This document shows, piece by piece, positions 18,176 through 26,174 of a stretch of DNA of 32,000 bases. The notes under the pieces were generated by a model. The model had not been told where the DNA came from and made no database searches. It saw only the letters and a program-made list of their open reading frames with translations. The stretch lies in contig JAGYJL010000021.1 of assembly GCA_018402015.1 (NCBI GenBank), forward strand, positions 1-32,000, read 5' to 3'. The DNA comes from Flavobacteriales bacterium. Its GTDB lineage: Bacteria; Bacteroidota; Bacteroidia; UBA10329. The first letter of the stretch is position 1. Every line of letters begins with the position of its first letter. The translations under genes were made by a program, and so were the position numbers.

Positions 18176-18188
18176 AAAAAGGAATTCG

Positions 18189-19025
18189 TCAGGAAACGTG
18201 CGGAATGCTACAGTGCTCCGACCGTAGCTCGCTGCCAAAGAAGATGGAGGCGTGCTCATCAAAATTGGTGGTATCATCGGTGGTTAGGAACCTTCTCGTT
18301 CCGTTCTTACTGCACAGTTGCTCCATTTCGGGATGGCGGTGCAGGTAGTCTTTCAGACTTTCGGCTACAATTGTGCCTTGAGATAGCACACGGACCTGTG
18401 CAGGTAAGTACTGCTGTATCTTGTCTTCCAACAACGGATAGTGCGTACAGCCCAACAGAATGGTGTCTATTCCGGGGGCCTGTTCCATCAGTTGCTCCAC
18501 ATACTCTTTTACAAAATGATCGGCTCCGGGCCCTTGGTGCTCGTTATTCTCAATAAGCGGCACCCACATGGGGCAGGCCTGCTGGTAAACCTCCACATTC
18601 GGAAACGTTTTACCGATCTCTATGGGATAAGACCCGGAAAGGACGGTACCCGTTGTACCGAGCACGCCAACCTTTCCGGTAGTGGAATACGTGCCTATGA
18701 CCTCTGCTGTGGGTCGTATCACGCCCAGCACCCGTAGTTTGGGATCCATCTTTACAAGATCCTTCTGTTGGATGGTTCTCAGCGCCTTTGCCGAGGCCGT
18801 ATTGCAGGCCAGAATAACCAACGGACAACCAGCATCGAACAGTTTGAAGACACATTCTCTGGTATACTCGTATACGGTTTGGAACGAGCGCGTGCCGTAT
18901 GGCGATCGGGCGTTATCTCCCAAATAGAGGTAGTCGTACTGAGGAAGAAGAGCTGCCACTTCTCGCAGTACGGTAAGGCCTCCATAGCCCGAATCGAATA
19001 TGCCTATCGGATGATTATCCATCAA
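18189..19025 (-). CDS. murI: glutamate racemase
   Basis: 278 aa with IGIFDSGYGGLTV, LACNTASA and GCTHYPLL motifs. Confidence 0.92.
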   Translation of the reverse strand: MMDNHPIGIFDSGYGGLTVLREVAALLPQYDYLYLGDNARSPYGTRSFQTVYEYTRECVFKLFDAGCPLVILACNTASAKALRTIQQKDLVKMDPKLRVLGVIRPTAEVIGTYSTTGKVGVLGTTGTVLSGSYPIEIGKTFPNVEVYQQACPMWVPLIENNEHQGPGADHFVKEYVEQLMEQAPGIDTILLGCTHYPLLEDKIQQYLPAQVRVLSQGTIVAESLKDYLHRHPEMEQLCSKNGTRRFLTTDDTTNFDEHASIFFGSELRSEHCSIPHVS

Positions 19026-19053
19026 AAAAAAGACCCGCCTTCATGACGGGTCT
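19024..19053 (-). terminator. rho-independent terminator after skp/ompH, with its T-run running into the murI ATG
   Basis: Minus strand: AGACCCG-TCATGAAGG-CGGGTCT followed by TTTTTTTT, then G-ATG (murI start at 19025). Confidence 0.6.
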
Positions 19054-19079
19054 AAATATCCTTAAATGTTCTGAGGTTC

Positions 19080-19577
19080 TTAAAGACCGAGCTTAACCTT
19101 CACTTCGGCCATTACATCTTCGGTATCCTTAGCGTAAAGAAGTACGCCCAAAGAGCTATCGAAAATGTAGGTGTATCCTTTAGCTACGGCTACTTCATCA
19201 ATTGCCTTTCTGGCCTTATCGATAATAGGAGTTAGCACCTCTTGCTCTTTCTTGCCTATCTCTTCTTGCGCCTGCTGCTGGAATTCCTGAATTCTTCTTT
19301 CAAGATCAGCGATCTCACGCATTTTAGAGTTACGCACCGTTGCTATCATGTCCTTTTCTCCTGCTTGGAAAGCCGTAACCTTTCCTTCATATTCCTTTGC
19401 CATTGCTTCCAATGCAGATTGAAACTCTTTTGCAAATGCTTCAAGATCTTTCTCTGCTGCTGCTTTCTCTGGCATCAATTCAAGCAACGCGGCCGAATCG
19501 ATATGTCCGAATTTCTGCTGTGCAAATGTTGGTGCAGCAGTAATCAATGCGATAAATACTATGATCAGTTTTTTCAT
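19080..19577 (-). CDS. OmpH/Skp-family periplasmic chaperone
   Basis: 165 aa with a signal peptide (MKKLIIVFIALITAAPTFAQ) and a K/E/Q/A-rich coiled-coil body. Position downstream of bamA. Confidence 0.85.
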   Translation of the reverse strand: MKKLIIVFIALITAAPTFAQQKFGHIDSAALLELMPEKAAAEKDLEAFAKEFQSALEAMAKEYEGKVTAFQAGEKDMIATVRNSKMREIADLERRIQEFQQQAQEEIGKKEQEVLTPIIDKARKAIDEVAVAKGYTYIFDSSLGVLLYAKDTEDVMAEVKVKLGL

Positions 19578-19609
19578 TTTTCTTGTTTTTCGGGGCGCAA
19601 TATTAAAGA

Positions 19610-20134
19610 TTATTTCTCCGTCTTGACAGAGTAGCCCAACTCGTCAAGAATGTCTTCGCTCAGGTCGTATTTAGCTGAGGTATAAAGCATTGTAAGCGTG
19701 CCGGCCTTGTCGAAAATAACGGCATAGCCACGCGCATCGGCAATCTCTTTGATAGCCGCATAAACCTTGTCTTGAATTGGCTTGGTGAATTCCTGACGCT
19801 TCTGAAAAAGGTCGCCCTGAAAACCGAAACGCTGCTTCTGCTTTTCCTTTGCTTCTTTCTCCTTTTCAATGATCTGTTCTTCGCGCTTGCGTTTCATGTC
19901 ATCTGTAAGCAGGATCTGCTCTGCCTGGTAGTCCTTGTACATTCGGTCGATCTCGGTATACATGGCTTCGATCTCTTGCTGCCACTGAACGGATATTTCG
20001 TTCAATTCCTGTTGTTTCTGTTGGTATTCAGGAATGTTTTCGAGGATGTAGTTGGAATCTACATAACCGAAACGTTGTGCATTTGCCGTAAGTCCTATCA
20101 CGGCCATTATCAGTGTAAAAACAGTTCGTTTCAT
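19610..20134 (-). CDS. OmpH/Skp-family periplasmic chaperone (second paralog)
   Basis: 174 aa with a signal peptide (MKRTVFTLIMAVIGLTANAQ) and a coiled-coil K/E/Q-rich body. It starts 12 nt after the bamA stop. Confidence 0.85.
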   Translation of the reverse strand: MKRTVFTLIMAVIGLTANAQRFGYVDSNYILENIPEYQQKQQELNEISVQWQQEIEAMYTEIDRMYKDYQAEQILLTDDMKRKREEQIIEKEKEAKEKQKQRFGFQGDLFQKRQEFTKPIQDKVYAAIKEIADARGYAVIFDKAGTLTMLYTSAKYDLSEDILDELGYSVKTEK

Positions 20135-20146
20135 GCTGTTATAAGA

Positions 20147-22696
20147 TTAGAATTGTTGTCCGATTGAGAAATGGAATTGGCCAGGGGCCATGTTCGGGTA
20201 GCCAGGAACGTCATCAAATCTCCACCCATAATCGAGACCCAACAGTCCGAACATTGGAAGGAAGATACGAACTCCGACACCCGCTGATTTTCTAAGTTGA
20301 AACGGTCTATACTCATTGAACGTGAGGTATGAGTTTCCTGCTTCTGCAAACGCAAGGATGTAAACCGTTGCCTGCGGATTAGGTGAAACTCTGTATCGTA
20401 CCTCTGCTCCATACTTCGTGAATATTGTACCACCTACCTGTCTGTTGTTAATTGCCGGAGTCAAAGAGTTGTTGTCGTAACCACGCAACGCAATGATCTC
20501 TCTACCATCCAATCCGAATCCACTCAGACCATCGCCACCAACATAGAAGCGCTCAAATGGTGCTGCCCCTAACTGTGTATTGTAACTGCCAAGGAATCCG
20601 AATTGCATCTTGGTCTCTATAACCAAATTCTTTGCCAAACTGATGTACCACTTGGCATCGAACTTCCATTTGTGGTATTCTATCAGCTGGTATTTCTTAG
20701 ATGGCTCCGCTGTTTCGTAGTCGATGCCCGTAAATGCTGAGAACGGTGGAGTAAGCTCCACACTTGCCACAAGCGTAGAACCATAAGTTGGGAAGATCGG
20801 ATCACCAATGGAATTCCTTGTTAAGGTAAAACGGTAACTAAAGGTGTGTGAATTACCATTATTGAATCCTGAGATCAGTGGATAGTTCTCCAAGATGTAG
20901 TTCTGATAGTTCAACTCGTGCTGCATAGAGAAGAAGTCATCAGGCCATTTCAATCTTGACCCCAGACCAACGGAAACACCGGTGATTCTGATGGCCTCGC
21001 GGTTCTCCTGACCTCGCTGAAGACCGTTTGACTGCACCGAGTGGTAGGCTGAAACACTGAAGGCATTTGGTTTATTCCCTCCCAACCAAGGCTCCATGAA
21101 AGAGAAATTGTAAGACTGGAAGAACAAGCCGTTGGACTGCGCGCGTAAGCTGAGCCGCTGACCATCACCCGCTGGAAGCGGTCTCCACGCGCCTTTCTTA
21201 ACCATGTTTCTCAACGAGAAGTTGTTGAACGACACACCCAAGGTACCCACAATTCTACCAGCACCCCAACCGCCCGAAAGTTCGATCTGATCCGAAGGTT
21301 TTTCCTCTACCGTATAAACGATGTCTACAGTTCCATCAACCGGGTTCGGTTTAGGTTCAACTCCCAAGGTCTCGGCATTGAAATATCCTAACTGTGAAAG
21401 TTCTCGTTGGGTACGGATAATATCTGCTCTACTGAACAACTGACCAGGCTTGGTTCTTACCTCACGCATGATCACATGGTCATTGGTCTTTGTATTTCCA
21501 ACCACAGTAACACGATTGATGGTTGCTTGCTTCCCTTCGCGGATACGCATTTCAAGGTCGATACTGTCGTTTACAACAAGCACTTCAACTGGCTCCACAT
21601 TGAAAAACAGGTAACCATCATCCAAGTAAAGCGAGCTCACATCACGTCCGTTCGGATTCATGAACAGATTCGCGTCCAAACGCGCCTGATCATATACGTC
21701 TCCTTTCTTGATCCCGAGAACCTTTCCCAATAACTCAGACGAATATTTGGTGTTCCCTGCCCAAGTAATGTTTCTGAAATAGTACTTACGGCCTTCTTCC
21801 AGGTTTATCTCCACGTTAATGGAACCATCTCGATTGGAATAAATGGTATCGCTGATTATCCTAGCATCTCGGTAACCCATTTGGTTGTACTTGGCAATCA
21901 CCGCTTTTTTGTCATTCTCGTATTCGTAATCAAGGAATTTGGAGGTTTTCCATACTCTCCACCATGTACGTTGCTTGGTCTCTTTCATGGCTCGTACCAA
22001 CTTTCCCTTTTTCACTTCCTCGTTACCTCGGAAAATGATTCGCCCAATTTTAACCTTCTTCTTCCTGTCTACATTGAATTTTAGAATAACGCTGTTAGGT
22101 AAGGTGGAGTCGGTTTCAGTGATCGTTTCAACTGTCACATTCAGAAATCCCTTATCGATGTAGTGGTTCTTAATGATGTTCTCCGTAGAAACAATGATGT
22201 TGTCTGTTACAACCTTTCCTTTTATGAGGCGAATTGACTCCCGAATATCATTGGCGTCTCCTTTTTTCACGCCTTTAAGCGCATACTTACTCAGTCGCGG
22301 TCGCTCTTGAAGTTTGATGTCGAGAAAGATCTTATCGTCTACGATCTTCGTGGCGCTGATATCTATGTCGCTAAAAAGCCCTTGATCCCAAAGTTTATGT
22401 ATGGCCTCTGTTATCGCTTCGCCCGGAACTTGGATCTTTTCTCCTACACTTAATCCAGACAGCAACACCAGTACCTTCTTGTCGAGATACCTTGTGCCTG
22501 AAACAGTAATACCGCCAACCTCATATTGCTTTGGAGCAGAGTAATCGAGTTTGTCCTGTCCAACCGATATTTGCGCGAATCCGGCCGTTGATATCAATAT
22601 CAACAACGAGAAGGCAACCAACACTATTTGACCAAGCTTACGCACTGACCTGCTCACTGATCTTTCCAAATCTTCTTTCTCGTCCTTGATAATCAA
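20147..22696 (-). CDS. bamA: outer membrane protein assembly factor BamA
   Basis: 849 aa with N-terminal POTRA repeats and a C-terminal beta-barrel ending ...FHFSIGQQF. The ORF-track start is a TTG overlapping uppS by 59 nt. In-frame GTGs at 22657 and 22645 are alternative starts. Confidence 0.9.
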   Translation of the reverse strand: MIIKDEKEDLERSVSRSVRKLGQIVLVAFSLLILISTAGFAQISVGQDKLDYSAPKQYEVGGITVSGTRYLDKKVLVLLSGLSVGEKIQVPGEAITEAIHKLWDQGLFSDIDISATKIVDDKIFLDIKLQERPRLSKYALKGVKKGDANDIRESIRLIKGKVVTDNIIVSTENIIKNHYIDKGFLNVTVETITETDSTLPNSVILKFNVDRKKKVKIGRIIFRGNEEVKKGKLVRAMKETKQRTWWRVWKTSKFLDYEYENDKKAVIAKYNQMGYRDARIISDTIYSNRDGSINVEINLEEGRKYYFRNITWAGNTKYSSELLGKVLGIKKGDVYDQARLDANLFMNPNGRDVSSLYLDDGYLFFNVEPVEVLVVNDSIDLEMRIREGKQATINRVTVVGNTKTNDHVIMREVRTKPGQLFSRADIIRTQRELSQLGYFNAETLGVEPKPNPVDGTVDIVYTVEEKPSDQIELSGGWGAGRIVGTLGVSFNNFSLRNMVKKGAWRPLPAGDGQRLSLRAQSNGLFFQSYNFSFMEPWLGGNKPNAFSVSAYHSVQSNGLQRGQENREAIRITGVSVGLGSRLKWPDDFFSMQHELNYQNYILENYPLISGFNNGNSHTFSYRFTLTRNSIGDPIFPTYGSTLVASVELTPPFSAFTGIDYETAEPSKKYQLIEYHKWKFDAKWYISLAKNLVIETKMQFGFLGSYNTQLGAAPFERFYVGGDGLSGFGLDGREIIALRGYDNNSLTPAINNRQVGGTIFTKYGAEVRYRVSPNPQATVYILAFAEAGNSYLTFNEYRPFQLRKSAGVGVRIFLPMFGLLGLDYGWRFDDVPGYPNMAPGQFHFSIGQQF

Positions 22697-23381
22697 TTAT
22701 GGCTGCTTCAAAATCTGCGCGGGTAAAATCTGGCCAGAGTTTGTCTGTAAAATAGAGTTCGGCATATGCGATCTGCCAAAGCAGAAAGTTAGAGATGCGA
22801 TGTTCACCGCTTGTCCGAATAAGCAATTCAGGGTCTGGAATTCCAAGCGTGCAAAGATGTGCATCGATAACCGATTCATCAATCTTATCTGGATCCAATT
22901 TTCCTGATTTAACATTTTTTGCAATCGCCTTAACCGCCTCTGTCAATTCCCACTTTGACGAATAGCTAAGCGCCAACGTTAAAGTCATACGGGTATTGCC
23001 TTTGGTCTTCTCAATTGCTTCGTTAAGTTCTTTCAGACAGGATTTAGGTAAGCTGTTCAACTGACCGATCGCATTCAATCTGATGTTGTTTTCGGTAAGC
23101 GTCTTCGTTTCCTTATTGATTGTTTTTACCAATAAGGTCATGAGTGCGTTTACCTCAATTCGTGGTCTGTTCCAGTTTTCGGTAGAGAACGCATACAAGG
23201 TCAAATGTTCAATACCCATCTCGGCGGCAGCTTCAACCGTATCGCGAACCGCTTTAACTCCATTGTTATGACCAAAAGTTCTGAGTTTACCGCGCTGCTT
23301 TGCCCACCTTCCGTTTCCGTCCATGATCACGGCTACGTGCTTGGGTAATTTACTTTGGTCTATTCGCTGGTCTATGGCCAT
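22638..23381 (-). CDS. uppS: isoprenyl transferase (undecaprenyl diphosphate synthase)
   Basis: 247 aa with HVAVIMDGNGRWA, TLYAFSTENWNRP and RISNFLLWQIAYAELYF. Confidence 0.95.
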   Translation of the reverse strand: MAIDQRIDQSKLPKHVAVIMDGNGRWAKQRGKLRTFGHNNGVKAVRDTVEAAAEMGIEHLTLYAFSTENWNRPRIEVNALMTLLVKTINKETKTLTENNIRLNAIGQLNSLPKSCLKELNEAIEKTKGNTRMTLTLALSYSSKWELTEAVKAIAKNVKSGKLDPDKIDESVIDAHLCTLGIPDPELLIRTSGEHRISNFLLWQIAYAELYFTDKLWPDFTRADFEAAIIDYQGRERRFGKISEQVSA

Positions 23382-23387
23382 CTACAA

Positions 23388-23412
23388 ATTAAAAATCGCC
23401 CCGAAAGGCGAT
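23388..23412 (-). terminator. candidate rho-independent terminator after the DUF6089-like gene
   Basis: Minus strand: ATCGCC-TTTCGG-GGCGAT followed by TTTTTAATTTG. It lies between the stop at 23438 and the uppS start at 23381. Confidence 0.5.
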
Positions 23413-23437
23413 GCAAAGGTACTCTACTGTTTTAGAA

Positions 23438-24262
23438 TTACTGATAGGCCGGGCATTTAGCTGGTTTCGCTTTAATGTTCATCGAAAAAGTGATGAGCGC
23501 AAAAGAATACCAATCATTGGTCTTTGAGTTGCCGCGTTGTCTTCCCTCTAAGGTTTCGTCTGTAAGTGTTGAGCGATTAGCAAGTTCGTACGCTATATCT
23601 CCTCGCTCGGCTTGAATCACATCCGGAGAGGCATATGTTCCGCTTACATCATCCAAATAGTCGGTGAACGTGTAACGCATTCCCCATTCCAAACCCACGG
23701 AAAATGTTTTTGAAATATTGGCTTTCATACCCAAGCCAAACGGAATAGAGGCTGTGGTCAGCGAATACTTTTTTCTGTCAGGATAGAATGTGGTGCCTTG
23801 GCCCTCTGTACCCAATGGTTGCAATTCGTACTTGTTTCCGTCAGCGGCAGTTGTAATCGGATTGAACTTGAAAACCGCAATTCCTCCGAAAAGAAATGGT
23901 GTGATCGGGTGCTGCATGTCTCCGGGTGCGTACTTGAAGAAGTTGAATTCCCCAGTGATGGCAAAGTCATAAATGAACGATTCGAAATTCAGGTTACGGT
24001 CTATCTGCGATGCGACTTTAGATTTTGCATCGTTGCCTTTCAAGTAGCCCATGGTGAACGCACCTCGTACAGAGAAACGCTCGTTAAAATTGTACCGATA
24101 GAAAGCTCCACCAGCAGGCATCACTTGTTTAAACGGTATATCCGGATTCAGGTCTCCTAGATAGAAAGAAACACCTCCCATCAATCCAAACTCCGAAAAC
24201 TGAGCTTTCAGTTGAGCTGAATTTACAAGAACGAATAACAGTAATGTGCTTAGATATTTCAT
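23438..24262 (-). CDS. DUF6089-like outer-membrane beta-barrel protein
   Basis: 274 aa with a signal peptide (MKYLSTLLLFVLVNSAQLKAQ) and an amphipathic beta-strand pattern. The motif FTDYLDDVSGTY is shared with the neighbouring paralog. Confidence 0.7.
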   Translation of the reverse strand: MKYLSTLLLFVLVNSAQLKAQFSEFGLMGGVSFYLGDLNPDIPFKQVMPAGGAFYRYNFNERFSVRGAFTMGYLKGNDAKSKVASQIDRNLNFESFIYDFAITGEFNFFKYAPGDMQHPITPFLFGGIAVFKFNPITTAADGNKYELQPLGTEGQGTTFYPDRKKYSLTTASIPFGLGMKANISKTFSVGLEWGMRYTFTDYLDDVSGTYASPDVIQAERGDIAYELANRSTLTDETLEGRQRGNSKTNDWYSFALITFSMNIKAKPAKCPAYQ

Positions 24263-24285
24263 CGCAAACTATGACTCTTAGGTCA

Positions 24286-25233
24286 TTAGAACTTAGGAAG
24301 ACCCTTCCTTGTTGTACGAATCTTTCTTTGATAGGTGATCATCAAGAACATGTAGGAGTCCAAATCGGTTGGATCGCCTCTTTGCTGACCAGGACATGCT
24401 GAACACGCGCCAGGGAACGTTTCTATGTCATCTGGAGCCCTATTCAATGAAGGATCTGCCAAAGCACGGGCCACATCGTCATAATCCAACAGATTGCTGA
24501 TCTGAGAAGCATTCGGAGCCCACTGTGAATATACATAGGTCAAACTCACGTCATCCATATAATCGGTGAATGTCTTCCTAAGACCATACTCCAAACCAAT
24601 GCTGCTTTTCTTATCCAAGGCGTATTTCATTCCAATTCCGAACGGAATAACGAACTGCCAATTGGAATATTCTTTCCTTGAAGGAACAAATTCTTGACCT
24701 TCGGTGTGAAGTTTTCTAAGCGAATGCCACTTACCATTGTAATTGGCCATTGGGTTCATGTAAAGAAGTCCAACGCCCGCAAATCCATAAACATAAACCT
24801 GACTTCCTTTTCGGCCTTTACCTCTAACCCTCCTGATCTTGTATCGACTTCCGATGGATTCTCGCATCCATGACACTTCAATTTGCGTGGCCCATTCTAC
24901 AACAGGTGAACGGAAGTGAAGATTCCGATTGTTTCTGAACGGTTCTTGCGTGTACTTATCGTCTCCATAAACCTCTCCAAAACTGAATCCTGTCTTTGCA
25001 GAAACGTAAGGCGATATCTTGTATCGGAAACCAAGATTAAGCACGTACCTGGTAGAAGCCGCATCCATATCGAAAAACCAATCCGATCCGATCTGATTAC
25101 GACCCCCGACATCGCCTAAGAACTGAGTTGCTCCAAGCGCTGTGACCCACTCATATCGCTGGCGTTTCCAACGCTGAGCATTGACCAACGTTGGCAGAAT
25201 CAATAAACAAAGTATAATGAACTTTTTGCTCAT
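24286..25233 (-). CDS. DUF6089-like outer-membrane beta-barrel protein (paralog)
   Basis: 315 aa with a signal peptide (MSKKFIILCLLILPTLVNAQ). Contains FTDYMDDVSLTY and QQRGDPTDLDSYMF, compared with QRGNSKTNDWYSF in the neighbour. Confidence 0.65.
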   Translation of the reverse strand: MSKKFIILCLLILPTLVNAQRWKRQRYEWVTALGATQFLGDVGGRNQIGSDWFFDMDAASTRYVLNLGFRYKISPYVSAKTGFSFGEVYGDDKYTQEPFRNNRNLHFRSPVVEWATQIEVSWMRESIGSRYKIRRVRGKGRKGSQVYVYGFAGVGLLYMNPMANYNGKWHSLRKLHTEGQEFVPSRKEYSNWQFVIPFGIGMKYALDKKSSIGLEYGLRKTFTDYMDDVSLTYVYSQWAPNASQISNLLDYDDVARALADPSLNRAPDDIETFPGACSACPGQQRGDPTDLDSYMFLMITYQRKIRTTRKGLPKF

Positions 25234-25267
25234 AGCGGTTGATACTTAGACAGTTGGTCTAAGTTTG

Positions 25268-25275
25268 CAAATATA
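25268..25275 (-). promoter_or_regulatory. candidate Bacteroidota -7 box (TATATTTG) upstream of the DUF6089-like gene
   Basis: Exact TAnnTTTG match on the minus strand, 35 nt upstream of the ATG at 25233. It is followed by a perfect 8-bp/5-nt-loop hairpin at 25244-25264. Confidence 0.3.
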
Positions 25276-25307
25276 GCTATTATTGAATTGGAACCGTTTT
25301 AGAGCTT

Positions 25308-26171
25308 TCAATTGCGTCTATCGTGTCCCCACATGAGTTTGCCTCTTAAGGTATCGAAGTAGTCGTGCGGTCCAAATCGAATTAGACCAACCTTAAAATC
25401 TGCTTTGGAAATCTGTATTTCAACATCCGAATTCACCACCTTCGACTGCGAGTCAAGAGAGATCATGAAATTGGGGTCTATATCCTCAATTTTCAGGGTA
25501 ATCCTACGGTCATCCCCTATCACCAATGGCCGAACGTTGAGGTTATGCGGTGCAATTGGCGTGATAATGAAATTGCTTGTTCCAGGAGCAATGATAGGTC
25601 CTCCGGCACTTAGAGAATATCCGGTTGAACCGGTTGGAGTGGAAATGATCAATCCATCGGCCCAATAGGTGTTCAGAAAGAAATCGTCCAAATAGGCTTT
25701 TACCACAACCATGGATGATGTGGCGCTCTTATGAACACTTACTTCATTAAGCGCAAAGTTGTCGTTTCCGAAAAGACCTATCTCGGTCTCAGCCTTCACC
25801 AATGTTCGTTGATCAACTTGGAAATTACCACCGACCAGGCGCTCAAGGGCCTGTTCAAGCTCTTCGAATGGCGTGCTGGCCAAAAACCCAAGTCTTCCAG
25901 TATTTACCCCAAGAATAGGAATGGCGGAATCCGCCACTTTTCGGACCGATTCCAAGATGGTTCCGTCTCCACCGATACTGATGAGCGCATCGAACTGATT
26001 CTTGAAGAATCGTTGTTCACCGATAATTCTCGCAGAATCAACTCCTCCCATCTGGGCCATTTCCTGCGTAAAAAACACGGATTGGAACTTCTGATCCAAT
26101 AGTTGTAGGATGGCTTCGAGTCTTGGTCTGTCGGTCTCGTACCTTAATCTACCATGAACAGCAATACGCAT
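25308..26171 (-). CDS. nadK: NAD kinase
   Basis: 287 aa with SIGGDGTILE, NEVSV and TPTGSTGYSLSAGGPI. Confidence 0.92.
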   Translation of the reverse strand: MRIAVHGRLRYETDRPRLEAILQLLDQKFQSVFFTQEMAQMGGVDSARIIGEQRFFKNQFDALISIGGDGTILESVRKVADSAIPILGVNTGRLGFLASTPFEELEQALERLVGGNFQVDQRTLVKAETEIGLFGNDNFALNEVSVHKSATSSMVVVKAYLDDFFLNTYWADGLIISTPTGSTGYSLSAGGPIIAPGTSNFIITPIAPHNLNVRPLVIGDDRRITLKIEDIDPNFMISLDSQSKVVNSDVEIQISKADFKVGLIRFGPHDYFDTLRGKLMWGHDRRN

Positions 26172-26174
26172 AGA

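Noticed and set aside
17854-18277. ORFs 17854-18057 (-) and 18017-18277 (-), and 18119-18556 (+)
   Set aside because: The first two are read-throughs of repeat A4/B and hairpin C3. The third is antisense to murI. None has a recognisable family signature.
19242-20167. Plus-strand ORFs of 130-131 aa antisense to the two skp/ompH genes
   Set aside because: Low-complexity Phe/Leu/Cys-rich translations arise from antisense reading of the K/E/Q-rich coiled-coil genes. They are not credible proteins.
22638-22696. 59-nt uppS/bamA overlap as a functional feature
   Set aside because: It depends on an ORF-track TTG start. In-frame GTGs at 22657 and 22645 would shrink the overlap to 20 or 8 nt. The signal peptide begins after these, so the overlap is probably an annotation artefact.
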